Under the pieces are notes generated by a model. It was not told the DNA's origin. It worked only from the letters and a program-made list of their open reading frames with translations, and made no database searches. Shown one piece after another: positions 12,110 to 25,900 of a DNA stretch of 64,000 bases; position 1 is the stretch's first letter, and each line of letters starts with the position of its first letter. Source of the stretch: Ruditapes philippinarum (taxonomy: Eukaryota). The DNA lies in the NCBI RefSeq assembly GCF_026571515.1, contig NW_026861919.1, positions 124,001-188,000 on the forward strand, given 5' to 3'. Position numbers and translations under genes: made by a program.

Positions 12110-13432
12110 TGTTGGCGTCCGCGCCGAAGCGCGGCGCCTTTTATGGAATGAAATCAGATTTTGTGAAAGGGCGACAGCAACTTCTCGAGCCATTTATAGT
12201 TGTTCATAATAAAAGCCGATCATTCCGATCGGTATTAGGGTGCTTGATTATTAATTAGTCGCGATATGTACAATGAATAGCGAACTGGAGAATTTCGCAA
12301 TGCAAACATTTTCAAATTAAATAACCTTTTCCGTCAATAAATCGCGCTCTTCGGGATATTTTTATTTATCATTTTGTAGTACACAGTGGGTTATTATGGT
12401 ATGTTATTCCGAAAGCTGTAAATAGAATGATGAGTTGATGACCTAAATATTCCGAAAATCTATTTATAGAGGGATGTACTCCTGTGGGTAATTCCCGGTC
12501 TCTCTTGGTCTATTTGGACCACCGGCGAATAGTACCACACGTTTATTGTCCAGTCTCTCCCGCTTTTGGAGTAGATGTTTGATATCGTTACAGAACAGAA
12601 CAAATATTTTACAGATAAATAAGCTTTTTTTCAAAATCAATGTTTGTCACTTAGTTTGGTTACAATAATTAATAAACACAGATCAACTCTCAAATTTATT
12701 GATTATTATTATACATAAACATACAATTCGGAAAAAAAAACCAACAACACAAATCGCATGTTTTATTTTATCTATATGAGATAAAAACAATGAATATGTA
12801 CAATAATTGAGAAAAAATGTACATTTTTATGGCATTAATATGACTTATAATCGTCGGTCATTATGACAATTGAATTCTTAAAATAGTAGTAAACGTAAAA
12901 ACTCAGTATTAAAATAGTGTATCAAACACAAAAAATAAAAGAAAACAATATTCATAAAATCTTTTTTTATTAAAAAAGATATTACAATTAGTGTATAATA
13001 AACATTTATGCTCAACATGATCAACATGGTAATATAACAAGTGTCATATTGTTACTAAGTGTGAACAGATACCTTAAGAGGGGGGATTTCGCTAATAGCG
13101 ACAACATAATAAGGGACAATTACACAAGTGTGGTGTTGATCATGCGTTACTAATATGGATTATAAATGATTGTATACATGTTGCTATTAATAACCACGAT
13201 CATAAAGAAATAACAAGTAATATTCTAATTTCTAGCATGCCAATCAAAGTTATAAGTAATGAACAATGTCTTTCGTTCGTTCATTCATAAGTGATATACA
13301 ATTCTGGTAAAAACCAATTAACCATTGAACAGTTTATAAGAATATCTTGTCATCATATATCTACTAGTTCATCTGCACCTGCTGCATTTCTTGCTTGGAC
13401 GCCCTTTGATGCTTTGCATCAATGCTTTTCTT
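12110..13432 (-). mobile_element. Non-autonomous Helentron/HINE-like insertion
   Basis: Absent at the paralogous site (~42287). The minus strand begins ACAAGAAAAGCATTGATGCAAAGCATCAAAGGGCGTCC (small inverted repeat plus sub-TIR) and ends with a GC hairpin GGCGCCGCGC-TTCG-GCGCGGACGCC. No ORF. Confidence 0.7.
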
Positions 13433-14084
13433 GTATATATCTTATGGCAAAAAGCAGTGTTATTTGACAACAAAAATGAATTAAAATATGATAAATCTAA
13501 TGGTTAAGCAATTTTTTAACGTTATTTAAGAACTGCAAATTTTCATTCAACTTTTGCCATATCACACCTGAATTAGATACTGATTGGCATTTCTTAACAA
13601 AAAATCAAATAAAGAATGGAACAAACAGACATATGCTTTGGTTATCTCAAGTGATATGAAATCTTTCCAATTTATAATTCACTTATTGTGAAATTACATT
13701 TCAAATAATTGAACTCCTTTACATTTAGCCATTAGGCTTCTTGACAGTTGATGAAAACATCAAACAAGTCATATAAAACATAAAATTGATAAAACAGTCA
13801 GATAGTATAGTTATCGCAAAATGATTTAATATCAATGATTAAAAATTAGTCATATTGAGATAGAAAATTAGAGAGAGAGAAAAACAGAATGCCTAAAGGA
13901 GACGCCGAAAAATAGAAACTTTAAAAAGGTTGCAGGCTCGGTTTGGTATAGACGGTTCATATACGGCACTGGAAATTAAAAACCTCCCCCCCCCCTACAC
14001 ACACACACACATATTCTATCACCGGCATAAGCAGTATCCAAGATTTAAATACGAAAATGGCAAAAATAGTGGATATACCCAGTG

Positions 14085-14195
14085 TCGTTTCTGTCTGAAA
14101 TGATATTCTGAGGGGCACATGAAAGTCTTTCTCCACCAGTAAAGTTGAAATCTACCATATGATCTCTATTTTGTTAGTGTAACGTAAAACCCGAT
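14085..14195 (+). mobile_element. SINE 3' core/tail fragment
   Basis: CTCCACCAGTAAAGTTGAAATCTACCATATGATCT...GTGTAACGTAAAACCC; copies at 42955-43062, 33040-33150 (-) and 63185-63260 (-). Confidence 0.6.
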
Positions 14196-17100
14196 ATATT
14201 TCTGGTTTATAATATAATATCAGACGTTCCGTTTGTTTTTCATTCACATAGAAATCCTCACACATCACAATGCCTTCTGTTGACCTTTCAATATAACATA
14301 TATCTTTTAAAACAGTATACTGAATGAATCAGAATTCATAATATCAAATAATGGATGCATGAATAATATTGTATTCCAGTGTAATAGTGTAACATAGGAA
14401 TATATAAATTATATAAAACTTTCAATTAATCAACTTAAAGGTGGTTCCTTTGTGTTGGGAATTATTTGGATGAACTCGTATCAACTTATTTATTTGTACA
14501 TTGTATATAAACAATGAATGGTATTATAAAGATATGATTGGTACGAACCAATCTCTCTCAAACCTATTACAAGGTCAATAAAAAAGGTTAACAAGTTTGG
14601 TTCTCAAAATATATAATCCCAAACGTGCGAATTTCATTTATAAAAGATAAATAACTTTCAAAGTCAAGTTAGTAATATAGCTTATTGTCTCAATAATGTA
14701 ATATATTAAAGATACCTTGCACATAATATAGGTGCAGTAACACATTTCAGTTATTTCTAATTAATTTTCTTCTTAGTTTTAAATATTTGACATTTAAAAA
14801 GGAATAATGTGCCTGTGAGTACTAATGCAGACAAGCGGCGTGAAACTTAAACAATATTTTATTTATAAAACATTTCATTTACATGATTTAACATTTTTAT
14901 ACTAGCAATCTAAATATCTAGAATATTGCAAGAATCATAAATCACATAAACGTCCAGACAGATAGAGATCTTAAGACAAAAATTAATGGATATCTTGAAA
15001 CACTATGCCAGTAAATATTTAAGAAAAGCATTGAATGTCTACTGTTTCGACATAACTCTTCATATTTTTTTCGTCAAGGGGCAATATCAAACATATGTAA
15101 GCGTCTAATATTTCATTGTTGTTTTTTGGATCAATATGGAAATATTGTATTACTAGACGAAGATATCATATTTTATGCAAAGGCACTTTAATTCATATTT
15201 TAGTTTTACATATATCATTTGATTTTACTTTCTTGGAATAGCATCGGTTAGAGTAATTTTACTATCTTAGTACGGAGTCAATTTCCGTCTGGCTCAAAAC
15301 AAAACATTTGTTTTCTCTGAAAAATAGTATAAGTGCTGCAAAAGGCATAATATAATAAATGTTTTTAAAGTGATGCAATATGCATAATAATATGACTTAA
15401 GGCATAAATGTGTATAGAGAAAAAAGTCAAATACAACGAGGAACGGTCTAGGCGATCTTGTACTATCTAACAGCTTTAAAATATTCACAAGATTATATTC
15501 TTAAAATTATATTTATAAGACTCACTGCTCTCTTCGATTTTAATTGCCTATTTCTTACACATCTTTCAGTTTAAAATTTAGATTAACATAAACTGTATTG
15601 AAGCTTTTATTCGCGCAACACCTTACACTTAAATATATGCAAAGTTAATTTATTGAGCACCCTAATAGACGCAGAGAGACTACTTAGTACCAGTTAAAGT
15701 CAATTACAAAACCGATTCAATATCAATATAAGTGGTTGCTCGACTGTTATCACGGAACCTTCAGCGTTACAATTTTGTTCGGTGAAACGGTTGTTGGTGT
15801 TCTTATCAAAAACGAATAGATAGTGCAAAGTAAAAAAGAATTATGAAAGGGTGATAGAGTTTAAAAAGTAGGTGTGTCACTGACAGTTGTCTGTCAAAAG
15901 GTAAAATTAAATTCAGGCAACATTTTGTTACGACGATTAAAATGAACAGGAACTGTAGACAATCTGCAGAAAAATTGAAAGAACAAATAGTAGACTAGGA
16001 AAAATGTTCAAAGAAAAGCTAGGATGTATAACTTTGGAGCCTAATGGATATTATCCAATATGTGCTTATTTAACATATAAGTAATTCCCTATTATTATGC
16101 ATTTCGTATTTATATTGCCTAGACAAATCAGTTGATGTTTCAGTCTTGGGAACACTATAATATTGAAGTTTCTATATTATATAAGCATCTTGAACATTAT
16201 CGTTCATTAGGGAATAATAATATACCGAGAAAGAGTAATACAATTTTCTGATATCTTTCCTTTCTTGATGCAACAAAAACTAATTGTTGTAAAAATATAT
16301 ATAAAGATACATTTCCTTAGACCTGGTACATAACTATAAAACTTATATTTAACTCGACTGAAACCTCGTCAGATATAGGTTTTATAAACTCGTATCATGG
16401 AGTTAAAGGTATTGTACTCAACAATGTAAAACAAACTCGTTCCTTTCTCAAATAGAAACAAACTGTTACAAACAAACATGTTTGCGATACACTGGCTCTC
16501 GAATTCTTGAAAAATCTGAAATATCATTGTCTAGATATAAACGGCTGCGTGGGTTTAAATTACGTCAGGGACAAGCCGTTGTTCCGATGAACGAAAGAAA
16601 CAACAAATACACTCATTTGTTATTATCGTTTGATCCAATGAACGGATTCGAGAGATTGTATATAAGCTTACTGCTTCCTATCCAATCAAAGTAAAATTAA
16701 TTCTGCATAAACTTAATTAAATACTGTTATTATATCTTGAACAACAGGGACGTCAGACGTTTTGTATTACTGTGCATTTTTAATGCCGAATGTTGAATGA
16801 TTGGTCATGTATACAATTCAATCTTTATAAGGGTTATACGTATAAAAGTAAAGTTCAGGTCTGGAGACCATGTATTCAAAAGAATAGATTTACTTAGTAT
16901 GAAATTAAAGCAAATAAGATTGATAACACTGACCAAATGATTTTGGTTACTCTTACAATACCATTATATTGTTGTACTAAATGAATTATATTTAAACATG
17001 ATATTTGAAGGAAAATAAAATGACTGAAAAGTTTTTGGACATTTTGTATTTATCATCAAGTTTTCCAACCACAAACTATGTCCATGATTTTAACTTACTG

Positions 17101-18714
17101 TTTGCGCATACTGTTACATTTTATGCCACAATATTCCTATTTACGGACAGGCACCCATAAATTTCTAAAATAGCCGAGACAAAATTTAACTACAATTATA
17201 TGTTACCAGTAAAAAAAATTGATAGCAATATATAATATAAACCTAATGTAAAACAAAAGTAATACAAATATTATTAGCATTTCAAATTTATTGACTAGAC
17301 CATAATATATTGATGTAAGTTGTACAATTAATGTTAAAGTAATGTTACATTGTTAAGTTTGTTAAGTTAGAATAAATAGTACATTAAAAAGCAAACTCTG
17401 TTTCGTTTTAAACACATTTCATGAATTCTTATAAATAAAGTAATATTTTGGAACTATGTAAGCCAGAGAAACAAACAATACACTATTTCTTTTCAGTAAA
17501 ATTCAGAATTTTAATAACGTAAATAGGTTGAATAGATTAAAGTGTGTGTTTACCGATACAAAATGTACACGACTCATTATCTACATTTTTTTGTATTTCT
17601 ACTTATTTTGTGCAAGGATCTAACCAAATACATCGAAATCTTCACGCAACATTCCAAACAATAAAATCTGAATAATGGTATGTCACGATCAGGCAGCATT
17701 TGAATATTTACATTTATGCCAGTCTATCCGTAGGTCCGATTCCCCCCCCCCCCAAAAAAAAAAAAATTAATATAACTATAATTTATATCACAAACTATTC
17801 TTGTTTGATATAAGTAATCACAAAAGATAAGTTAGAGGTACCGAAAATGTAAATTGATATTTAATTTTTTATAATATGATTAAAAACTCAATGCATTTGC
17901 AGTCCGATATCAAACAATAGTACGACATGAAAAGACATTATAGATCAAGTTGTAATAGAACAGACATTCAGTTGGCTTCCCAATCAATTTCTTTCGTGTC
18001 TTGTAAAATGTCAGAAATGTCATACTAATGATGATTTCATACATCTTAAATTTTTCGTTCACGTCAAGGTATATGTTTCAAGTCTTCATAAACTAATGCG
18101 TAATTTGGCACCAATATTTTATTAAAAGTTTGCAGGATTCTGAAGTTTCAATTAGAAAGGCCGGTTAAAGAGTTTCTTTTGTGGTCTGTATCTCGGTCTG
18201 TATGTCAAATTAAACAATTATTTCTGTTAAACAGTATATCAGATTCTTAATATTTTTAACTTTATGCCTAAATTTCAACACAGCTAAATATAAGTATTCA
18301 TTATTTTAGTATAACTTGAGACAATTAATCACAAATGTTCAAATCGTACTGCGAACAACCAAGCATAAAGGTTTAATATATAAATTTATGATTTTAGTAT
18401 ACTTATTAATATAGATGATTTGTTAAAAGTGCAATTTTAGCATGTAGTTTTTTTACAGAGTTTTTTTTATAATACCAGTTAAATGTATTTTCTACTTAAA
18501 CATTCAATGGTTTCTAAACTTAAACATTTTCCGGGGTTGTATCATGGTCTTATTGTTATGGTTTTCCTTTTTTCGTTTTTTTCATGAAGGAATATAGGAT
18601 GTAAAGGAAAATAGATCAATTAGTAAGATTAATCAAAAAGCTTAATTTTCCGTCATTATTGTTTAGCTTGATCTATAACAAAACAATGTGCACGTATACT
18701 GTTATATGAAAGTA

Positions 18715-19062
18715 CATTAATTTGTATATGTGAGTACAATATCGAATAAACATAACAAATTCCTGTTCACTTTTAATTCCTTGTAAACTTATATCGGAAC
18801 GTCATACAAACAAAACACAAATTGACATCTTTCATTTATTTATTATCACATCAATCAAGGAATAACACTTTGAATGACAGTTTTTCTGTGCTTAGACTTC
18901 TTCAAGGAAATTGATTTCAGATAATAGACGATAAGACGATTTGTATTGTTATTTTCGCGTCTTGTCTGAAATAAATTGACTGAAAGCAGAGATTCTGGCG
19001 TTTGTTAATTTGTGATGAAATGGGACTGACAGACTATTTATAATGATAATAGTAAGTTAGAG
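18715..19062 (+). repeat. Conserved block C, copy 2
   Basis: Near-identical to 60630-60970; donor-like GTAAGT at 19052. Confidence 0.8.
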
Positions 19063-19272
19063 GAAGCTTACTGTCAAATGATGAAAATTACAGGTGTATG
19101 TATTCATATCGTCTTATGGTAGTGAAGTTGTTGATTGAAGAAAATAGCAAAAGCTATCTTCAAGAAAACAATTGATTGAAAAATGAAGTATGAAAACTAA
19201 AATATATAAACTGTGAACACGATTATAGCTTTGGTTTACATTGGAATAAAGGGTTAAATACTAAAGGGTTAA

Positions 19273-19580
19273 ACCGGTACCGTTGGCCTAGTGGTTAAGG
19301 CGTCCGCCTTTGGATCGGTAGGTCGAAGGTTCGAGCCCCACGGGGAGCGTTAATTGAAGGATGAATGTTTCTCGTGGGAATCGTTCCGAAATGGCCGCTT
19401 CGTGAGCCGCGAGGTAGTTAAAATGAATGGTTACCGATTTCTATCCGCCTGGCGCCTAGCATAGTGGTAGGAATTTGGAGGTACATGGTATGCAACCAAA
19501 AGGTGTCTCATAAGTCAAAATGGCTGGCCCTTTCAGTAGGGGTGACACTATAATAAACAAGACCTTTACCTTTACCTTTT
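19273..19580 (+). mobile_element. Full-length tRNA-derived SINE (~310 bp)
   Basis: Pol III A box TGGCCTAGTGG (19283-19293), B box GGTTCGAGCCC (19328-19338), (ACCTTT)3 tail, and short TACTA duplication on both sides. Absent at the paralogous site ~49278. Confidence 0.88.
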
Positions 19581-19999
19581 ACTATGTTTTACAATTGATG
19601 CATGCACTTGAATACTATTTAAATACATATAAAATCTAAAAGAAAAAACAACAGCTATGTAAGTACGTAAATTGATACTATAACGATAATAGAATGCAGT
19701 TCTATTTAATATACCTCGATTAAATTAAGAGGATTTATAATTTATAAGGAAATTGAAATAGATAAGAAAAAAAGAAATAAAAATGCAATATGAACAAAAG
19801 AACTAACCAAAAACATAAATTGAAGCTATAATAATAACATTTTTATTTCACACACACAAAATACAATTTATGTGAGATCAAAAAGGACCATTTGGGTTGA
19901 ATCGAGAAATCTTTATGTGAACTTTTCCGTCGCACCAACACAATATAATTGGGATCTAAACTCAAAATAGAAAGGACAAGTCGTTTATCAAAATCACAA

Positions 20000-22900
20000 T
20001 AAAATGGAGAATGCAAAATGAAACTGCAATACAAATATGCAATGTCTCTGTGTTCTTTATTTACAAATGCAATTCATTTCATGTTTTCCAATTTAATTTC
20101 TTTTGTAATGGTTTATAATCGTGATTATCAATTGCGTTTTGCACCCCTTTCAAACGGACAAAACACTTCAGTCTATGATGCATATCTTGCTTGGGTACAC
20201 GATCATTACGTTGTATCACACGTTTTTTATTTATTAAAATACAATTTTAATTCACAAAAAGTGATGAATATAATTGATCGTAATAATATTTCAACCGGAT
20301 AATTTAGTTCCGCCCATTGGTTTCTATAGGACACACTCTTTCTATTACTTGGGAACCATACGCCGCTTTTATGGAATTGCACGGAAGTGTCACATTGAAG
20401 GTTCCATGATAACCGTCGTATGAACACATCTGTGGATGTTTCTTAATTCAAAATTTTACCATTTCATGTTTAAATGTTGAATTCTGCTTAAGCCGGTGCT
20501 AGGGGGCGTGGACGGTAGTTTGCTCTTGACAGTACCGTCCATAAACTGGCTCAATCAAACTAAGCCTGCAACATTGTCAATTTTACCTTGTTGGGCATTC
20601 TTTGGGGAATCTTATTTGTTCTATTTTATATTGTTTTATATTATGAAAAAATCTGATATAATAGTCACATGTATTGACTTGAAATAAAACTGCAGTTTAA
20701 TTCTCGATTGAACTAAACTATTTTACTGTTTTGTTGATTCTATGTTTTGTTTGATGTTGAAATGTCAATGAAGCCTTATGACTTATTTCTTATTCGTTAT
20801 TCATAAGATGCTTACCACTGTCAGCCTACGTCAGCCTGTATGAAATGCAGTTTTTGTTTTGGAACTCAGAAATATCAAAGAGTACTAGATCATTTCAGGA
20901 ACAAAAGAAAGTAAATTGAAGGAAAATTATTAGATGTTTTGAATTACTTTTCCAACCAACGTATTTTTAATTTTAATGATATTTCCTTTTTTTTAAATAT
21001 ATTTACACATACTGAAATCTTAAACAAAACAACAATAAAGGAAACAACAACAACAAAAAAGCATTTACTTTACTAGAAATCTTCTTACATTTGAATAAAA
21101 TGAAAATATTTTTTTTATATTATATTTTTATTTTAAATTTAATATTATATAAATCTGGCGCGATATTTCTACTTGTATGAAAGAATGTACCGACGAGTGA
21201 TAGCAAACATAATGCCTTCAATCATACAGATCCCGAGGTGGCATAAAACATAATTTGAATATCTTATCCTAAACGTATAGTTGCAAAATAACTGCTTATA
21301 CATCGAGGTTATTGCAGAGAGATTTTGTAAATATGATTGTCCATTAGCCATCTATCATCAATACTCTAGCTATCAATTCTTTTCACATCAATGATAAAAC
21401 ATACACTTGACGGGACAAATCGCTTTAGCGTCGTTAACTAATTGATCTCGGGAAAAATCTTTAAGACGATTGTTTTTACGTATAAAGACACGTATTCATC
21501 AATAAAGTTTGAAATTGTGATTTTCATTAAATTGATGGATCGAAGAGATATTTTTGTTTTTACGTCTTATCAACAAAGTATAGGTCAGATGGCGACTTAC
21601 AAGCAAAATGGTAAGGGTGAACCACGGGTGTCATTCCGTTTGTTTGTTTTTTCAGGGACGAACGGGATTCAAATTGATATATATTTAAGATCTTAATTCA
21701 CAATTATCTTTAATATCATTACGTCTTAGGCTTACAAGGAACAAATATTCGTTTGCTTGTTAGGTAGTTGCACGCCTCTAGCTTCATTATTTGATATCAG
21801 ATGACAGGTAAAAAGAGGTATATTTATTTTCTTTACGACGTTAACCTGTCTATAAAATCGCATGTAGTCTTACAAATATATAAGTATAAATATCAACGGT
21901 TCTCATATAATGTTTTCTTTTAAATCTGCTTCAGTAGATCGTTATTAATTAAGAGACATGAAAATAAGAGCGAATGAAAATAACAAGCGAGGTTTTACGC
22001 AAACGTTAAATGGCTACGAAGGAATTGGTTATATGGAAAGGTTATCTGAAGAAAGTTGACGCAGTGGCGATTGGGTAAAATCTTTTTTTCGGATATGTTA
22101 GCTGAAGTTGATAAAAGGGGATGCGTTCTCACAAATAGCAAAATTCTGTAACGTCGCGCAGTGGTTTCGTCGTTTTATTTCTTTATTCGCTGTTACGCGA
22201 GTGTGAATTCGGAAATACGTGCAGGTAATGGCGTGAAAAAAAATAAATAAATCAATTAATTATACCGATCTAAAATAAACTGTTACCACATACGGTCCCT
22301 GCACTGTTGCTGTTTTTCCAAATTCAAAATATTACCCCCTTTTAATAGATGGACAAAGTGTTTTAAGCTTAATTTGATGCGTCATCATTTGCTGTGATTT
22401 TTTAGTCTGATCCATATAATTAAGACTCAAAAAGTTACCTCATTATAGGAAATCAACCCATTATTTGTTTACGGGGACAAAAACATATTTTCGTCAAATG
22501 AACAAAACTGTAAATATCCATATGATTGAAAACAGAAGAAAAAATATAATAATATAATAATAAAAGATATAAATAATTACTTTGACTTATATACCTACTC
22601 GCAATACCTATGTATACCATCAAGAGCAGGTATCAATAAAAACCTAGATATCCCCAACGCTACCAACAATATTTTTGTTGAAACGCGAGGCAATTCTTAT
22701 AAATATAAATTATAATGGTGTCGGAATTACATCTGCGATATTACAATTTTCTTAAGACGTCACAATTAAATCCATCACCTTTTCATGGACTTTCGATAAA
22801 ATACAATGAATTCACGAACGTCGTCACAATAAACACGATACAACTCATAAACTACTTATGTGCCATCAGAATATACCTCTTATATTTGAACATACTTTGT

Positions 22901-25900
22901 TCGTGGCTGATTTGTATATCTCCCTTATGACAAACTTTGTAAATGTTTATTCTTGACGGTTTTTCACAAAAAATTCATATGCAATAATATTCTGATAATT
23001 TGTACGCAAGCCTTGATAATCTACTTAAAAATAGACATCAAATAATATGAACTTACAGGAGAAGTTTGAAACGCGTTTGCAAAGATTTGAATTAACTCTT
23101 AACAATATTCATGCTAATTTCAAACGATTGGCAAATATTTTACATGAAAGTTCTGGAGACAATCGCCACATCCATAGTTTCATCTTTTTTGGTTGACTCA
23201 CAACGTCTAGGAACCCCAATTCTATACTTATGATCATTGCAAATTAATAAGTTCAACTTCCATGATACCCCAAACACAAATCAGTATATTATTATTTTAA
23301 AAGCTTTAATGCTTACACGTAAACTTTTATATAAAAGCTTTTCGTGCTAATGATGTTGTCTTTTATTAAATTCTCTCTTTTTTAATATTTTCGAGAAATG
23401 TCAAACAGAATATATATAATGTAAATTGAAATGGCTAAGTAAAATGACAATTTCCAGTTTTTAAATTAAACATCTAAAATTGCTAAACAATTAAGATTTT
23501 ATCATATTTAAAGAATTCTTTGTCAATCAAATCGCGCCTGCAACATTTTCAATTCTGTCGTGTTGGACGTTCTATAGAAATTCCGTATTTCTCTATTTTC
23601 TTGTTTTAGTGCATACGATATGATATTATCGTCTTCTTAAAGCAATCTATATTTATTATGTAAAGAAAATATAATTCTAAAACGGCAGTAAACTAGCAGA
23701 TGTTTACAAATATTTTATAACTCCCCATGACGTAATAATCATGAACTGTTGTGTCGAAAAGTAGACATTCAATGTAGAAAACAGTCATTTCTTAAAAGTT
23801 TCAGTCAAAAAATATCCACTTATTTTGTCTGAAGATCTCTTTCTTGTCCGTCACGATTTATGATGTTTGGAATATTCTTAATAGAACTAAAAATATAACT
23901 TAACAAGTTGTAATACAGTCGAGACTGCCTAGGCGACCCCCTCCCTCCTGCATTCAATGACTTTTTGTATAATTCGGCCTTGTGGTAATGTCAATGACAT
24001 GTTCTCATTTAATTATTAACGGATAATATGACAAAGAAATAACAAGAAAATCATATAATATTATCTGAATTGTATGTCAATTGCACTTCTATAATTTCAG
24101 TACTGCAAATTTCCATTTTTCATTAGCCATATCAAACCTTAATAATAAATATATAGCAGCCATATACATGTAGTTTGCTAGTGTTTTTTTTTTACAAGAC
24201 GTTTAGAGATTTTTCACTAGTAATATGCGGTATTGCACGGTATTTAAGGTGTTTAGTTAACGTTTTAATTGTACAACGATGTGCAAATGCAAAATCTTTT
24301 ATACTAAGAGAATTCGTTTAGCAAGCATGCACATTTTTTCCAAACATTTTTTCAATTCATGATGTTAATCAAAATTGTAAATTTACCGTCTTACTAACAC
24401 GTGATATTGACATAAAAACTTGTTGTTAAATAAATGATACGACATTTCCTGTTTGTGCATTATCGTATTATTTGATCTTTCCACAAATGTCCAAGCAGTC
24501 TAATGGCCTAATTCTTATTTATTATGATAAGGACGCTTACAGATGTCATCTGGAGAGACTAAGATTTCATCGTTTCCCAACGTAAGCAGTTAATCGACGA
24601 TTAAAGAAGTTCACACAACGGAATATTATTAGTTCAATCTTATTTCTAAATGTATTCCGAGACTATTTTATCATTTCCCTAAAATTATTAATTTATAAGT
24701 GTTCAATTGCAGTTTATGCTTGTGGGATGTTGGACAGTAGCTTACAGTTACAACACCGTTTATGAACGGGCTCAACAATGCGAGTCTGCGAACCAATGTC
24801 CAAATTGTCGTTTTGGCGTTCTTTAGAGCATTCATTTACTCTATCCATAAGGTCACAAATAAAGATGTAACTTTAATCAATTGATTAAATAAATCAATTT
24901 GATAATTAGAATCAGGTAAACGTTAACTTTCATTTGCTCAAGATGAATATCTGTTGTGAAAACAATTCTTTCTACATCAGAAATTTACTTGTGTTATTAA
25001 ATATAGAATGTATAAAACCTATCGTATTATATTCGATCAATAGGAGTAAAAATATGTTATAGAAACAAAGCTTACAATGATTAGCAATCGCACCAAACGC
25101 AAAGTACTGAGAGCCCATGGGTCAACGAACTCACTAACATACTAATTATTTAAACATTCTATAGCAAAGTTAAATAAGGAACACTTAATCTTGATAAGAT
25201 AATTCGTTGACATTGAGTTTTAAATTTATTAAAGATTTATATGATGCGTAAAATATATGTTAATTGTCAAAATGAATCCGCGCAATTTACAACTATACAT
25301 TTTGAATTCTTCTATGCATCTTTTTGTGATAATTCAATCCCAACACTACTGCAACTAATAAGCCGTACATAATATAATAAGGAGTACAAGGGTTACTCTT
25401 TACTTGATACTGAAAACAATGTTTGTGATATATGTAAGTATTTCTTGTTAATCAATATGGTTTACGGCAAGTCGCGGAAAAAACAAAACAACAAAGTGGG
25501 GAATATGATATTCCGTATCACGCCCGTCTGTTTCAATCTACTAATTTTCCTAAATAAGCTTAATCGTCCCTGTTCAACAGTAATTGTTTTAAGACGTTCT
25601 GCACAATGTATCTAGACATCTTTGCCCTTTTTGCCCCAAAGCGGAATAAGACTTCTCTTATACGAGATTATTTTAAGCTCCGTTCTTCTCTTCTACGCAT
25701 CGGTCACTTGTACTGTATAATAGTTCAGCACCTTGGATGGCGAGGGTTTGCCTTTACGGATTAGGCACAGGATTGAAGCCATCTTTTTAAGTATATCGTA
25801 CCGTACAGCAGTGTAGGTAGTTTTCAACCTTTTGTGCTTAAGCTTGTAGTCCGGCGGTTAGCCATTCCTTGGTTTACGGGCCCCAATGACCCTTGATGCG

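Noticed and set aside
14920-15108. Module X as a protein-coding exon
   Set aside because: Short open stretches exist, but substitutions vs 36241-36415 and 8375-8552 are not third-position-biased, and stops or indels differ between copies.
19275-19350. tRNA gene
   Set aside because: It has A/B boxes but no good acceptor stem or poly-T terminator, continues into a 230-bp body with a repeat tail, and is an insertion relative to the paralogue, so it is a SINE head.
20018-20302. 94-aa ORF shared with 49710-49970
   Set aside because: Similarity only reflects the recent duplication. The C-termini differ by frameshift and the older inverted paralogue (~7300-7600) has no listed ORF.
22055-22295. Possible transposon end unique to copy 1
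   Set aside because: It differs from copy 2 (52275-52510) but I could not identify TIRs or a TSD, so it is not called.
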